Source: Salinispira sp.
GTDB lineage: Bacteria > Spirochaetota > Spirochaetia > DSM-27196 > Salinispiraceae
Direction: 5' to 3'
Length of the DNA stretch: 64,000 nt
Assembly (NCBI GenBank): GCA_965602015.1
Contig: OZ271918.1
Location: 3,296,001-3,360,000 of the forward strand
The notes beneath the pieces are model-generated. The model was not told the origin of the DNA and did no database searches. It saw only the letters and a program-made list of their open reading frames with translations. Positions 31,086 to 43,684 of this stretch are shown here, piece after piece (the stretch's first letter is position 1; the number at the start of each line of letters is the position of its first letter). The position numbers and the translations under genes are program-made.

Positions 31086-31430
31086 TTACGGCAGCAACAA
31101 CTTCGATTTTGCAAGCAGTTCGGTCATCTGATTAACACGATCGTCGTATGAATAACTGCCGGGATAGAAAATGCAGGCTATATCGTAGCCGGGTCGGATG
31201 CGTTCCTTAATGCTGCGAAACGCCTCCCGTCCTATCCGCTTTATGTAGTTTCGGGCAACGGCATTGCCATACCGCCGCCCCGGAGTCACCAGGATTCGTG
31301 TTATATCCCGATGGTTTATCCGGTACGCAAGTTTTAAGCCCCGGGTAGAAGCAAAATAAGAAGACGCGAAGAGGAGCTTGATGTCCTCACGTCTTCTTAT
31401 CCGTTCATCCCTAGTAAGGCTTTTTCTCAT
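31086..31430 (-). CDS. rnpA: Ribonuclease P protein component
   Basis: [14 protein letters not shown] motif; synteny. Confidence 0.92.
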   Translation of the reverse strand: MRKSLTRDERIRRREDIKLLFASSYFASTRGLKLAYRINHRDITRILVTPGRRYGNAVARNYIKRIGREAFRSIKERIRPGYDIACIFYPGSYSYDDRVNQMTELLAKSKLLLP

Positions 31431-31566
31431 CAGAAACGCTGAGTTTCTTTCTTCCCTTAGCCCGGCGGCGTTTCAAAACGAGCCGACCGCCTTTGGTCTT
31501 CATCCGCTCGCGAAAGCCGAATTTCCGGTTCCGCTTGGTGCGGCTGGGCTGATATGTTCGCTTCAT
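31411..31566 (-). CDS. rpmH: 50S ribosomal protein L34 (not in the ORF track)
   Basis: Manual translation [51 protein letters not shown]. Confidence 0.97.
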   Translation of the reverse strand: MKRTYQPSRTKRNRKFGFRERMKTKGGRLVLKRRRAKGRKKLSVSDEKKPY

Positions 31567-31628
31567 CGCAGTACTCCTAAAAATGATTGCGCGCTATGGG
31601 GTTTTTTACCTGCACAAATTGGAATGGC

Positions 31629-31657
31629 AGTATAATTTTAAGTTTCACCCGTGTCAA
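31629..31657 (-). promoter_or_regulatory. rpmH promoter
   Basis: Minus strand TTGACA-17 bp-TATACT. Confidence 0.75.
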
Positions 31658-31693
31658 TCTAGGCCAATTCATTATCAGCTAGACATTTACGCC

Positions 31694-32233
31694 TTATTTG
31701 CCCTGTTTTTCCGATCTTCCCAGTTTCTCTAGGCGCCGGAAGGTCTCAGCCAGCTCTGGATCTTCGGGAATTTTCCGATGAACCTCCCGATTCTCCGGAG
31801 AATCGGGATTTTGACCGGAAGCCGGAGTAGGGCCGTCGGCCTTCATCGGAGTCTTTTGTGTGGGCACCGGCCGCTGCGAGGCCGCGGACGGCGGCGTGTT
31901 TCCCATCAGACGGGCTTCCCTCCGCTCGATAAAACGCTCGTTGCTGACCCGCTGGACGAATATGCTGCGTATGCGCAACTCCGGGTGGCGCTTTTGCAGG
32001 CGCTTGAGAATCCGGGCCTTGTGAAACTCAAGCTTCTGCATCCATCCCGGATGATCGGTAAAAATGATCAGGGATCCGTTTTTAACATCTACGGGCTCGG
32101 TATGGGCGGCGATATCTTCCAGGTCGTCTCCGAGAATATGGCTCCAGGATGAAAAGAGATTTATATAATTCCGGGCTTCCCTGCTTCCCAGTACGGGAAT
32201 AAACGCCCGAAGGACTTCATCAGCCTTTTTCAT
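31694..32233 (-). CDS. dciA: DUF721/DciA helicase-loading protein
   Basis: WSHILG..IAAHTEP, HPGWMQKL; immediately downstream of recF. Confidence 0.8.
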   Translation of the reverse strand: MKKADEVLRAFIPVLGSREARNYINLFSSWSHILGDDLEDIAAHTEPVDVKNGSLIIFTDHPGWMQKLEFHKARILKRLQKRHPELRIRSIFVQRVSNERFIERREARLMGNTPPSAASQRPVPTQKTPMKADGPTPASGQNPDSPENREVHRKIPEDPELAETFRRLEKLGRSEKQGK

Positions 32234-33315
32234 GTTTCTCGAATATACTCCCCGTTGCGCACCCGGTATACCAGGGCATCGCTGCCACTGTACAAGCTTA
32301 TATTCTCATCGGGTAAAAAGGTAAAGAAGGCCTGCTGGTATTCCGGCAATTGATCCATGAATTTCCGCCGTTTTGGTTCATCGAGTTCCAACAGGACATC
32401 GTCAAGCAGCAGGACCGGAGCCTTGCCTGCCATCCGGGCGTATAACCGCGCCTGGGCAGCCCGGAGAACCAGGCTCATGAGCCGAAGCTGTCCGGTGCTG
32501 GCTTCGCGGATAAAATCCCGGTCGGCGATGCGGAACATAAACCGGTCCCGATGGGGACCCGAGGTGGTGGTGCTCATGGCGATATCCCGGTCCCGATGAT
32601 CGGCCAGGTATCGTTCGATGTCCCCCTCGTTTTCTGTTTTCCATGACGGGCGGTATTCGATTTTTAGCGTTTCCTCCAGCCCGCTAACCTCGGCGTAGAG
32701 GGGGGTGAACAGCTCATTAAACTCGGCGGTCAGGGTGTTTCGGGCCCGCATGAGCTCAAGGCCCACGGCGGCGAGCTGACCGTTGTACAGTTCGAGCATG
32801 TCGTAATTCCCGTCACGGATGACCTGATTTCGGGTTTTGAGCAGGCGCGAGTAATTGCGCAGAAGGTCGATGAAGCTGATCTGATAGGTGCTCAGGCATT
32901 GGTTAAAAAACCAGCGCTGCTGATCCGGCGCCCCTTTGACGAACTCGATGTCGTCGTGGCTGAACACGATACAAGGAACCTGCTCGGCCAGCTCCTTTCG
33001 GTCCCGCACCGGGCTGTCGTTTATGCGAATATCTTTTTTGCGGCTCTGGTATCTCAGGGAAATTTTTGCGTCGACGCCGCTTTCCGGTTCGCGCCACAGA
33101 CCGTGCACCGCCATTTCCTCGGTTCCGCGCATGGGCAGGACATCATCCCGCTGGCTTCGAAAACTCCTGCCGTATGACAGCAGGTACAGGGCCTCGAGGA
33201 AATTGGTTTTGCCCTGTCCGTTGGGGCCAATAAAAAATACCTGTTCGCTGTGAACAGGTATTTTCTGATTCCGAACGTTGCGGAAATTAATAAGCTGTAT
33301 CTCCCTGAAGGGCAT
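32230..33315 (-). CDS. recF: DNA replication/repair protein RecF
   Basis: GPNGQGKTNFLEA, GPHRD, STGQ, LLLDDVLLELD. Confidence 0.96.
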   Translation of the reverse strand: MPFREIQLINFRNVRNQKIPVHSEQVFFIGPNGQGKTNFLEALYLLSYGRSFRSQRDDVLPMRGTEEMAVHGLWREPESGVDAKISLRYQSRKKDIRINDSPVRDRKELAEQVPCIVFSHDDIEFVKGAPDQQRWFFNQCLSTYQISFIDLLRNYSRLLKTRNQVIRDGNYDMLELYNGQLAAVGLELMRARNTLTAEFNELFTPLYAEVSGLEETLKIEYRPSWKTENEGDIERYLADHRDRDIAMSTTTSGPHRDRFMFRIADRDFIREASTGQLRLMSLVLRAAQARLYARMAGKAPVLLLDDVLLELDEPKRRKFMDQLPEYQQAFFTFLPDENISLYSGSDALVYRVRNGEYIRET

Positions 33316-33328
33316 GGGATGTTAGCTC

Positions 33329-34435
33329 CTAATCGTTCAGGTTCATTGGCATAACGATGTGAAAGTAATCTTCCTGTGGTACGGCGTTGATGCTGATGGC
33401 ACGGGTGGTTTCGGTGAACTGCATCTGGATTTCATCGGCTTCAATGACCTTCAGGGGATCCGACAGATAGGTGAAGTTCATGGCTATTACGGTTTCCGGA
33501 CCGTCGTATTCGCAGGGGATGTCCTCCCGCCCGATTCCCAGATCGCTCTCGTCGGAACGCAGGGTGATCTGTCCGGGTGTCAGATCGACATAGATCCTTC
33601 TGGATCGCTCGACCATCAGGGAAACCCGGCGCAGGGCCTCGTTGAGCTCGCTCCGGTTGACCGTGAGGCTGTGTTCCTGGCTTTCGGGGATTACCCGCTG
33701 ATAATTGGGGAAGGTTCCCTCGATCAGGGCCGAAGAAATTTTCTGGTTATCGAACTCCATAAACACGTGCTTGTCGGTAATCGCCAGCGAAATCATTCCC
33801 TCGCCCGAAGAGAGCTTCTTCACCAAAGACAGGATTTTCGGCGGGATGATCACCCCGGAAAAATCCGGAACCGGCGTTCCGAATTCCTTGCTGATGTAGG
33901 CCAGTCGCTTACCGTCAGTGGCTACCATCAGAACCTTCTCGTCCTGCTTTTCGAAGTACACCCCGTTCATGAAATACCGGGTTTCGTCGTCGGAAACCGC
34001 GAAAATGGTCTGGGAAATCATTTCGTTGAATTCTTTCTGGGGGAGCTGGAAAAAGCGGTCAGAGTCGGCCTGCTGTATTTCGGGGTACTTCTCCGCCGCC
34101 ATGGTCTTCAGTCGGAAATCGATTTTCTTGAAGCGGGGCGCGATAATAAAGCGATCGCCTTCCTGCTCGGAGAATTCGATTTCGCCGCTGGGAAGGGTCC
34201 GCAGGATTCCCGAAAGTTTTTCGCAGAAGGTTGTGGTCCGGCCTTCCTCCATGACGTCTACGGGGATTCTCGTTTCGAAGCTGACCTTGAGATCCGTCGC
34301 ACGGATGAGCAGGCTGTCGCCCTCAACCTCGAGTAAAACATTCGACAGTATGGAAAGGGCGTTTCTCGACGATATTATTTCCTGTGCAATGGAAATTTCT
34401 TTTAGTAGGCTGTCCCTCTCGCATGAAAACTTCAT
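33329..34435 (-). CDS. dnaN: DNA polymerase III beta clamp
   Basis: ATDL, DETRYFMNGV, VATDGKRL, IVMPM; start ATG 34435 with GGAG RBS. Confidence 0.96.
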   Translation of the reverse strand: MKFSCERDSLLKEISIAQEIISSRNALSILSNVLLEVEGDSLLIRATDLKVSFETRIPVDVMEEGRTTTFCEKLSGILRTLPSGEIEFSEQEGDRFIIAPRFKKIDFRLKTMAAEKYPEIQQADSDRFFQLPQKEFNEMISQTIFAVSDDETRYFMNGVYFEKQDEKVLMVATDGKRLAYISKEFGTPVPDFSGVIIPPKILSLVKKLSSGEGMISLAITDKHVFMEFDNQKISSALIEGTFPNYQRVIPESQEHSLTVNRSELNEALRRVSLMVERSRRIYVDLTPGQITLRSDESDLGIGREDIPCEYDGPETVIAMNFTYLSDPLKVIEADEIQMQFTETTRAISINAVPQEDYFHIVMPMNLND

Positions 34436-34500
34436 ATCAGGCTCCTTTGCTGCAATCCCTGCATTCAATCCAGGGAAATGATACACAGTCCCTGTTATTA

Positions 34501-34680
34501 CCTTATTTATATTAATTAGTAGTAGTAATAGTAGGGCCTGTTGAAATGTGAATTCAGGGCCTAAGTCATTCCAGTACCACTATCTATCTATGTGGATACT
34601 TTCCGGGCAACCGGGTTTTTTTATCCACATTTCCACATATACTTACGGTTTTCCACATAAACTGTCAATGAATTCACATT
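34501..34680. other. oriC: oriC: DnaA boxes, GC clamp, DnaA-trios and AT-rich unwinding element
   Basis: TAG-TAG-TAG-TAA-TAG-TAG 34517-34534, GGCC 34535, boxes TGTGGATAC 34591, TTATCCACA 34621, ATTTCCACA 34629, TTTTCCACA 34649; dnaA-dnaN intergenic. Confidence 0.88.
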
Positions 34681-34699
34681 GTATCAGCTGTTTGGAGAA

Positions 34700-36142
34700 T
34701 TAGCTCCTATTACTTGCCTCGCGGATATCCTTCTTGAGATTGTCCAGCTGGGAGATAAAATACGGATCGGTTTTCATCCGCTCCTTGATCCGGTCGCAGG
34801 CATGCATGACCGTAGTATGATCTCTGCCGCCGAACTCAAGGCCGACCTCCGTTGTTGAGTATTCGGTGATATCCCGGGCTATGTACATGGCAACCTGACG
34901 GGGAAAGGTGATTGTTTTTGTCTTCCTCCGGCTTTTTAATTCCTGGACGGTAACGCCGAAATACTCGGAAACCATTCGCTGGATTACGCTGATGGTTATG
35001 TTCTTTTGAACCGGGGAGGCAAAAAAATCCTTGAGCTGCTGCTTGGTGATTTCAACAGTAATGGTTTTGTTCACCAGTTCGGCATAGGCGATGAGCTTGG
35101 TGAGGGCCGCCTCCAAATCACGGACGTTTGTGGTGACGTTCTCGCAAATCAGATTTATCGATTCCTCGGGTATTTCGATATTCGCCGCTTCGATCTTCTT
35201 TTTTAAAATGGCATAACGGGTCTCATAATTCGGCGGCTGGAGGTCGACGTTTAATCCCCGCTCGAACCGGCTCCGTAGCCTGTCGGTGAGGTCCTTGAGC
35301 TCGGAGACCGGGCGGTCGCAGGTGAACACCATCTGCTTGTTCGAATCGTACAGGGCGTTGAAGGTGTGAAACAGCTCCTCCTGGGTTTCGGGTTTTTTCT
35401 GGAGGAAGTGGATGTCGTCGATTAGCAGGACGTCGGCATGGCGGTATTTATTTTTGAACGTGTGCTGCTTTTTCTCCCGTATCGCCTGAATGAATTCATT
35501 GGTGAAATTCTCCATGGTGACATAGATGATTTTCATGTCGGCAAAATCGCCGTATACCGAATTGCCGATTGACTGGAGAAGGTGGGTTTTGCCCAGGCCG
35601 ACGCCGCCGTACACCAGACATGGGTTGTAGCCCGTGCCGGGATTCTTGGCTATGGCCATGGCGGCGTTTGCCGCGAAGGCGTTGTTCTCCCCGATGATGA
35701 AGTTATCGAAGGTGTATTCCTGTTTTAATGCCGGGTGGCTTCGGTTCCTGCTGCGGAATTGAACCGGCGCATCACCGCTGGGACGGGGCTGAACCGGTTC
35801 AGGTGATTCGGATTGCGAGCTCGAAGCCGGCGCGTGGTCAGGGGTGCGGGCCTGGGGTCCCGGGGCCTTGGCGGCGTCAAGGGCAACAGCCTTGACTTCG
35901 AACTCCAGGGCGATCCGCGATCCCGAAAGCTCGAGGAGTTTAGTTTCGATGAGGTTGTGATAGCGGGATTTGACCTGATCGCGGTAAAACGACGAGGGGA
36001 CGGAAACGACGATGGTATCCTGGCGGGAACTGAGATAGGCCATCCGATTGAACCAGAGGCTGAACTCCTGCTCAGTCAGTTCCTCCTGAATCTGTTTTAC
36101 CGCTTCCGACCAGAATAAGCGGTAATCATCCCATTCACTCAT
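34700..36142 (-). CDS. dnaA: Chromosomal replication initiator
   Basis: GGVGLGKTHL, LLIDDIHF, TQEELFHTFN, GGRDHTTVMHA; start ATG 36142 after GGAGG. Confidence 0.98.
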   Translation of the reverse strand: MSEWDDYRLFWSEAVKQIQEELTEQEFSLWFNRMAYLSSRQDTIVVSVPSSFYRDQVKSRYHNLIETKLLELSGSRIALEFEVKAVALDAAKAPGPQARTPDHAPASSSQSESPEPVQPRPSGDAPVQFRSRNRSHPALKQEYTFDNFIIGENNAFAANAAMAIAKNPGTGYNPCLVYGGVGLGKTHLLQSIGNSVYGDFADMKIIYVTMENFTNEFIQAIREKKQHTFKNKYRHADVLLIDDIHFLQKKPETQEELFHTFNALYDSNKQMVFTCDRPVSELKDLTDRLRSRFERGLNVDLQPPNYETRYAILKKKIEAANIEIPEESINLICENVTTNVRDLEAALTKLIAYAELVNKTITVEITKQQLKDFFASPVQKNITISVIQRMVSEYFGVTVQELKSRRKTKTITFPRQVAMYIARDITEYSTTEVGLEFGGRDHTTVMHACDRIKERMKTDPYFISQLDNLKKDIREASNRS

Positions 36143-36252
36143 GTCACCTCCCGCAACTGTCCATAATACGCGCAAGTCGGCCCTTTTTCAATGAGCGATG
36201 CAAATCGCCGATAAATCACGATTTGAGAATCAGTTAGGCTATTTCGCCTTCC

Positions 36253-36281
36253 TTTACTTTTTGGCCCCCAAACGGTATAAT
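36253..36281 (+). promoter_or_regulatory. gyrB promoter
   Basis: TTTACT-17 bp-TATAAT. Confidence 0.65.
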
Positions 36282-36314
36282 CGCCGCACGTAAATCATAA
36301 AAAGGAATCACTAA

Positions 36315-38231
<1,917 letters not shown>

Positions 38232-38256
38232 CGCATAAAGACAACACGGAGCACAG

Positions 38257-40737
38257 ATGGAAGAACGAACGGGCAAAGTCATACCTATTGCCATAGAAGA
38301 CGAGGTAAAAAAGTCATACCTCAACTACGCCATGTCGGTCATCGTTTCCCGAGCGCTGCCCGATGTCAGGGACGGCCTGAAACCGGTTCACCGGCGGATA
38401 CTGTTCGGAATGAACGAAATGGGACTCAGGTCAGACCGGGCTCCAAAGAAATCCGCCCGTATAGTCGGAGACGTACTCGGTAAATATCATCCCCACGGCG
38501 ATGCCAGCGTATACGACGCCCTTGTCCGACTGGCACAGGATTTCTCGATGCGTTATCCCCTGGTGGACGGCCAGGGTAACTTCGGGTCGGTTGACGGCGA
38601 TCCCCCGGCGGCCATGCGTTACACCGAAGCGCGAATGGCAAAGCTGGCTGAGGAAATGCTGCGTGATATCAATAAGGAAACCGTTGACTTCGTTCCGAAC
38701 TACGACGACTCCATGGAAGAACCCGAGGTACTTCCAGCAAATTTCCCCTACCTTTTGGCTAACGGCGCCAGCGGCATCGCCGTCGGTATGGCCACCAATA
38801 TGGCCCCGCACAATCTCAATGAAATCTCGGCGGCCATAAACGCGTACATCGAAAATCCGGAAATAAGCATCGACGGCCTGATGGAACACATCACCGGACC
38901 GGACTTCCCCACGGGAGGGATTATTTTCGGAACCAAGGGAGTCCGCCAGGCCTACAAGACCGGCAGGGGAAAAATAACCATTCGGTCGAAGTTTTCCGTT
39001 GAGACGACCAAGAGCGGACGGGACGTCATCATCATCCATGAAATTCCGTACCAGGTGAACAAAGCGAACCTGGTGATGAAAATAGCCGATCTCATCCGGG
39101 ACAAAAAAATCGACGGCATATCCGACCTGCGGGACGAATCCGACAGGAACGGCATGCGAATCGTCATTGAACTTAAGAAAGGCATCAGCCCGAAGATTAT
39201 CCTGAACCAGCTGTTTAACCAGACCCAGCTGCAGATCAACTTCAATGTCAACGCCCTCGCCCTGGTCGACGGCAAACCCCAGCTCCTGACGCTGAAGGAC
39301 ATGATTCACCATTATGTCCGCCACCGGCGGGAAGTGATAATCCGCAGGACAAAATATGATCTGAGAAAGGCCGAGGAGCGGGCGCACATCCTCGAGGGCC
39401 TGAAGATAGCCCTTTCGAACATCGACGAGGTCATTCAAACCATAAAAGAGAGCGAGAACGTCTCGGTTGCCCGGGTACGCTTAATGGAGCGTTTTACCCT
39501 GAGCGAGATACAGGCCCAGGCGATTCTCGATATGCGTCTGCAAAAACTGACCAGCCTTGAGACCCAGAAGATACTCGATGAACTCGAGCAGCTCAACGCC
39601 CTCATCAAGGAGCTGCGGGAACTTCTGGCCAGCGAAGAGAAGATTCTCGGCGTGGTCGGTTCCGAGGTAGCAGAGCTGGCCGACCGATTCAGCCAGCCCC
39701 GTCAGACAGACAAGGTTATCGATGAAATCGAAGAGATTAATATCGAAGACCTCATACAAAAAGAAGACATGGTGGTTATTATCAGCCACAAAGGGTACAT
39801 CAAGCGGGTGCCTGTCAGCTCCTACCGCGTGCAGGGACGGGGCGGAAAAGGGGTGAATGCCAGCAACCTCAGAGACGAAGACTTCATCCAGAATATCTTC
39901 GTGGCATCGACCCACGATTACATTCTTATCGTATCAAGTGAGGCCAAGGCGTACTATCTCAAGGTACATGAAATTCCCGAGGGCTCCCGGACCAGCCGGG
40001 GATCCCACATCCGATCGCTTCTCAGCATCTCGGCAAACGAAGAGGTCGCCGCCGTGGTAGCCCTCCAGGCATTCCGGGACGACGAGTTTATATTCCTGGC
40101 CACCGCCAGGGGCATGGTGAAAAAGGTCGCAACATCTGATTTTAGCAATGCCCGGACCCGGGGAATTATCGCAATGGTCATGCGCGGCGACGACAAGATC
40201 GTCTCAGCTATTCTGTGCAGCTCGGACAAGGATATTATTCTCGCAACCAGGACGGGAATCGGGTTGCGCTTCAGCCAGGAAGAAGTTCGCCCCATGGGAC
40301 GTACCGCCCAGGGAGTCGGGGGCATACGGCTGACTGCTGGAGACGAGATTGCCGGAGCTGTGGAAGCTGAAGAGGACTATCAGGTTCTGTTTATTACCGA
40401 ATACGGCAGCGGCAAACGGATGGAAATCAGCGAACTCATGCCCCACGGCAGGAATACCCGGGGGCAGATAATCTATACAACCACCGAACGCTCAGGAGAG
40501 GTCGTAGGCATCCTGAACGTACAGGAAGACGATGAGGTTATGGTTATCACCAGCGGCGGAACTTCCATCAAGGTAAAAGCCGCCGATGTAGCTGTCCAGG
40601 GACGTACCGCCCAGGGAGTTCGGGTGTTTGATATCAGCAAGCCCGACGTGGTTGTGGGTATCGACAGGGTTGCCAAGGATGATCCGGAAGAGAAGAGCGA
40701 AGCGAAACCCTCCTCTGACGGAGAGCAAATCGAGTAG
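38257..40737 (+). CDS. gyrA: DNA gyrase subunit A
   Basis: YHPHGD, AAMRYTE, GyrA-box QGRGGKG. Confidence 0.97.
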   Translation: MEERTGKVIPIAIEDEVKKSYLNYAMSVIVSRALPDVRDGLKPVHRRILFGMNEMGLRSDRAPKKSARIVGDVLGKYHPHGDASVYDALVRLAQDFSMRYPLVDGQGNFGSVDGDPPAAMRYTEARMAKLAEEMLRDINKETVDFVPNYDDSMEEPEVLPANFPYLLANGASGIAVGMATNMAPHNLNEISAAINAYIENPEISIDGLMEHITGPDFPTGGIIFGTKGVRQAYKTGRGKITIRSKFSVETTKSGRDVIIIHEIPYQVNKANLVMKIADLIRDKKIDGISDLRDESDRNGMRIVIELKKGISPKIILNQLFNQTQLQINFNVNALALVDGKPQLLTLKDMIHHYVRHRREVIIRRTKYDLRKAEERAHILEGLKIALSNIDEVIQTIKESENVSVARVRLMERFTLSEIQAQAILDMRLQKLTSLETQKILDELEQLNALIKELRELLASEEKILGVVGSEVAELADRFSQPRQTDKVIDEIEEINIEDLIQKEDMVVIISHKGYIKRVPVSSYRVQGRGGKGVNASNLRDEDFIQNIFVASTHDYILIVSSEAKAYYLKVHEIPEGSRTSRGSHIRSLLSISANEEVAAVVALQAFRDDEFIFLATARGMVKKVATSDFSNARTRGIIAMVMRGDDKIVSAILCSSDKDIILATRTGIGLRFSQEEVRPMGRTAQGVGGIRLTAGDEIAGAVEAEEDYQVLFITEYGSGKRMEISELMPHGRNTRGQIIYTTTERSGEVVGILNVQEDDEVMVITSGGTSIKVKAADVAVQGRTAQGVRVFDISKPDVVVGIDRVAKDDPEEKSEAKPSSDGEQIE

Positions 40738-40763
40738 CGCGAAAGATCTAATACAATGCTATT

Positions 40764-40795
40764 AAAGGCCGCCGGATTACCGGCGGTCTTTTTTT
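40764..40795 (+). terminator. Terminator after gyrA
   Basis: AAGGCCGCCGG-ATTA-CCGGCGGTCTT followed by a T run. Confidence 0.85.
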
Positions 40796-40804
40796 GCGCT
40801 ACAA

Positions 40805-40820
40805 TGTTTCACGTGAAACA
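40805..40820. promoter_or_regulatory. parS: parS centromere site 1
   Basis: Perfect TGTTTCACGTGAAACA; palindrome extends to 40801-40824. Confidence 0.95.
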
Positions 40821-40870
40821 TTGTGTAGTACGATAATAATGTAGTTCAGTAGCGCGGCCTAGTCTTGCAC

Positions 40871-40886
40871 TGTTTCACGTGAAACA
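40871..40886. promoter_or_regulatory. parS: parS centromere site 2
   Basis: Perfect TGTTTCACGTGAAACA. Confidence 0.95.
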
Positions 40887-40903
40887 ATTTTGGAGAACAC
40901 ACA

Positions 40904-41518
40904 GTGAACACCGTCGCAGGGTCTTCCGAGTTTTTGTATACGGAGAAAAAGTCCCGGTTTATCTCCCGCTGTTGGCAGGTTGACAGCCGGGATGCCCTTG
41001 GACTCATCCTTTTGGATTCTAAAAAACATCACCCTGATGTGTCTCTTCTTGTATACGCATTTATTATTGGCGATGAAAACAATGAGGACATGGGTTACAG
41101 CGATGACCGAGAACCGCGGGGTACCGCAGGAAGGCCGACCTATGAGGTTCTGAAAGGTTCGGGTTTGCGCAATACGCTTATCACGACCCTCCGGTATTTC
41201 GGCGGTACAAAACTGGGCACCGGTGGACTTGTAAGGGCCTACACCAGTGCTTCCAAGGGAGCTATTGAGCTTGCGGAAGTTATCGAGGTCAAATCACTGT
41301 GGCAAATCAGCGTGGAGCTTGATTATGCCTCGTATGAGCAGCTGGTCGGATATATTGCCGAATTACCCGGGGAAATCGTCCGGTCAGAATTTGACAGCAT
41401 GGTTCATTCACATATTGAAATTGAGGAAGCTGCCTTACCGCGCTTGAGAGAATTTATCCAAGATACAACCAGAGGCAAGGCAGAAATTACAATCGTGTCT
41501 GGGAACGAAACTTTTTGA
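40904..41518 (+). CDS. yigZ: YigZ/IMPACT family protein
   Basis: KKSRF, SDDREPRGTAGRP, RYFGGTKLGTGGLVRAY. Confidence 0.92.
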   Translation: MNTVAGSSEFLYTEKKSRFISRCWQVDSRDALGLILLDSKKHHPDVSLLVYAFIIGDENNEDMGYSDDREPRGTAGRPTYEVLKGSGLRNTLITTLRYFGGTKLGTGGLVRAYTSASKGAIELAEVIEVKSLWQISVELDYASYEQLVGYIAELPGEIVRSEFDSMVHSHIEIEEAALPRLREFIQDTTRGKAEITIVSGNETF

Positions 41519-42560
41519 CAGCGAGGGCATACTCATCGACCAGCTTCGTTTTTTCGTCTTTGGTAAGAAACGCCGCATTCAGAGCCGTAAGATTGGCTTG
41601 TACCAGGTCTTCCAGGCTGAGGTCAAAATATTTCACCGCTTTGACGTAGTCATCGCTGAGATCGGTATCCTGAATAGAGGGGTCATCGGAATTGAGGGTC
41701 ACCGGCACTCCCTGCCGGAACAGGCGTCCGAAGGGATGGTTTTCTTCTTCCTTCCAGGAGCCGGTTTGGTGATTTGAGGTGATGCATTGTTCGAGAACGA
41801 TGAAGTTTTCCTTGAGGTATTCCTGCAGTTCGGGGTCGTCTATTGTGCTGGTGCCGTGGCCGATTCGCCGGGCATAGAGCCGCTTTATTGCCGTCCAGAT
41901 CTGATCCGATTTGGTTACTTCTCCAGCATGAACCGTCGCCTTGTATTTTCTATCCTTCCTGATTCGAGCGAAAAACTTGTCAAAAAGATCCGGGGGATAG
42001 TTAAGTTCGTCACCCGCCAAATCGATGCCGACGATGTCCGGTTCATTGAGGGAGGTGATAATGTCGTAGAGCTCAAGCATCTCTTCCTGGGTCTGCTTGT
42101 TTCGGTTAAAGGTGATGAGGTATTTAATGCGGAATCCCGCATCCGCCGCAGCCTTGTTTGCCGTTTTGATAATAAGCCGGGTTATCTCCGCCCTGTCGAA
42201 GTTATTCTGCAGCGAAAAATGTTCGGGACTGAAGCGCAGTTCGATGTAGAACATGCCGTCGTCCTTCATGTTGTAGACCGAGTGGTAGGTTATGTTCTCG
42301 ACATCATCATGGCTTCTATACCAGTCGGTTCTAAACTTGCTGAGAAACAGCAGAAAGTCCGGGTCCTGATCTTTGGGGAACTGAATAGTCGTTTTAAACT
42401 CGTCAAAATCTGCTGGTATGTCTAATTTATTCTTTTTCGCTATTTCAAAGAGGGTTTTTGGATCAAAGGTTCCTTCCAGGTGCCGGTGAAGTTCGATTTT
42501 TGGAAAGGTCCGCATTACCTGGGGATCCTGCAGTTTATCATTCGCAATATCTTTTTTCAT
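41487..42560 (-). CDS. add: Adenosine deaminase
   Basis: ELHRHLEG, DLAGDE, VHAGE, RIGHG, NSDDP. Confidence 0.92.
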   Translation of the reverse strand: MKKDIANDKLQDPQVMRTFPKIELHRHLEGTFDPKTLFEIAKKNKLDIPADFDEFKTTIQFPKDQDPDFLLFLSKFRTDWYRSHDDVENITYHSVYNMKDDGMFYIELRFSPEHFSLQNNFDRAEITRLIIKTANKAAADAGFRIKYLITFNRNKQTQEEMLELYDIITSLNEPDIVGIDLAGDELNYPPDLFDKFFARIRKDRKYKATVHAGEVTKSDQIWTAIKRLYARRIGHGTSTIDDPELQEYLKENFIVLEQCITSNHQTGSWKEEENHPFGRLFRQGVPVTLNSDDPSIQDTDLSDDYVKAVKYFDLSLEDLVQANLTALNAAFLTKDEKTKLVDEYALAVKKFRSQTRL

Positions 42561-42743
42561 CTGAAAGCAACCTTTCGTACTACTCTAATGGTAAACCCCG
42601 GGAATTGCCAAATTTTCCGCCAGGGCCTGATGGATTGTAATGTCCAGAACATTTCAATTTTCGGCAGCATGAAGGCGGTAGTTTATTTTTTTATGGGATT
42701 TTCATGTGAAGCTGTCGCAGGAGTCAGGTTCCCCCGGCTTATC

Positions 42744-42890
42744 AGCCACATATCAGGGAGTTGTAGTCTACCACAAATCGCATTAATACTCACGGATTTG
42801 GTTTGGTGACCGGAGCAGTTTTGCAGAGGGGATTTCTGTGCTGAAGGTATGTTGAAAGAAAGAAATGAATGGGGCGCGAGGATTCGCGCC
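42744..42890 (+). repeat. ~147 bp island repeat, copy A
   Basis: AGCCACRTATCAGGGAGTT...TATGTTGAAAGAAAG..GGCGCGAGGATTCGCGCC shared with 47689-47836 and 50676-50822. Confidence 0.9.
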
Positions 42891-42936
42891 TTCTGTATAC
42901 TGGAAAATAGTATCATTATTTGATATCATTCTTATT

Positions 42937-43190
42937 TTGAATGCCAAGAACCGTAAAATTCTGAAGGCGATCTTCACTGACCCGTGAAATCGAATATTGC
43001 CTGGTCCGACATCGAATCTTTACTGCTTAATCTGAATGCAGGAAGGAAGGAGGGTTCTGGTTCCCGAGTCGCATTCACATTGAACGGTGTTGTCTTAGTC
43101 ATTCATAGACTGTATCCGAGAAAAGAAACTGATAAAGGGGCTGTTAAATCGGTTCGGAGATTTTTATCGAACTCAGGAGTAATGCCATGA
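42937..43190 (+). pseudogene. hicA: HicA-family toxin, frameshifted
   Basis: TTG 42937 reads MNAKNRKILKAIFTDP then TGA; remainder (VKSNIAWSDIE...GSGSRV) continues in a shifted frame from 42984. Confidence 0.8.
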
Positions 43191-43522
43191 AATATAAAGG
43201 GTATACCGGTGTGGTCGAATATGATGATGACGCTCATATTTTCCACGGAGAAGTTATTGGGCTAAAAGATGTAATCACTTTTCAGGGATCATCGATTGAA
43301 GAACTTGAGGCAGCGATGGCCGAATCAGTGGATTTTTATCTCGAAGTATGTCGTGATAAGGGAAAGGAACCTGAGAAGCCGTTCTCAGGGAGATTTGTCG
43401 TCAGGACTTCTCCCGACCTTCATAGCCGCGCCGCTACCGCTGCAGCAAAACTGGGCTTATCACTGAATAAATATGTTGAAAAAGCTATCGAGGATGAAAC
43501 CCGACAAGTATTGCCCATGTAA
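43187..43522 (+). CDS. hicB: HicB-family antitoxin
   Basis: MKYKGY, DVITFQG, KPFSGRFVVR, SLNKYV. Confidence 0.92.
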   Translation: MKYKGYTGVVEYDDDAHIFHGEVIGLKDVITFQGSSIEELEAAMAESVDFYLEVCRDKGKEPEKPFSGRFVVRTSPDLHSRAATAAAKLGLSLNKYVEKAIEDETRQVLPM

Positions 43523-43635
43523 TAACAACCACTTAACCTGTGAGCCGTATACTGGCGACTGGCGCGTGTCCTTGCCGGCGAAGCCGATGCAAGGACCGTG
43601 AAAATAGGCGAATCAGGTTGAAGTGCTTGTTATAT
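43520..43635 (-). mobile_element. attC: Integron attC recombination site
   Basis: Minus strand R'' ATATAAC-5-L'' CTTCAACC ... L' GGTTAAG-5-R' GTTATTA, with an extra base in L'' and an internal hairpin. Confidence 0.82.
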
Positions 43636-43684
43636 AGCAGTCGTGATAGGCTTCCGCAAATTTAGCTGCCAACACTGGTCCTGA

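Noticed and set aside
42683..42916. Similar short minus-strand ORFs across the 147 bp repeat (also 50480-50797)
   Set aside because: Copy B has a 1 bp indel, starts and stops are not shared and substitutions are not codon-biased; treated as non-coding
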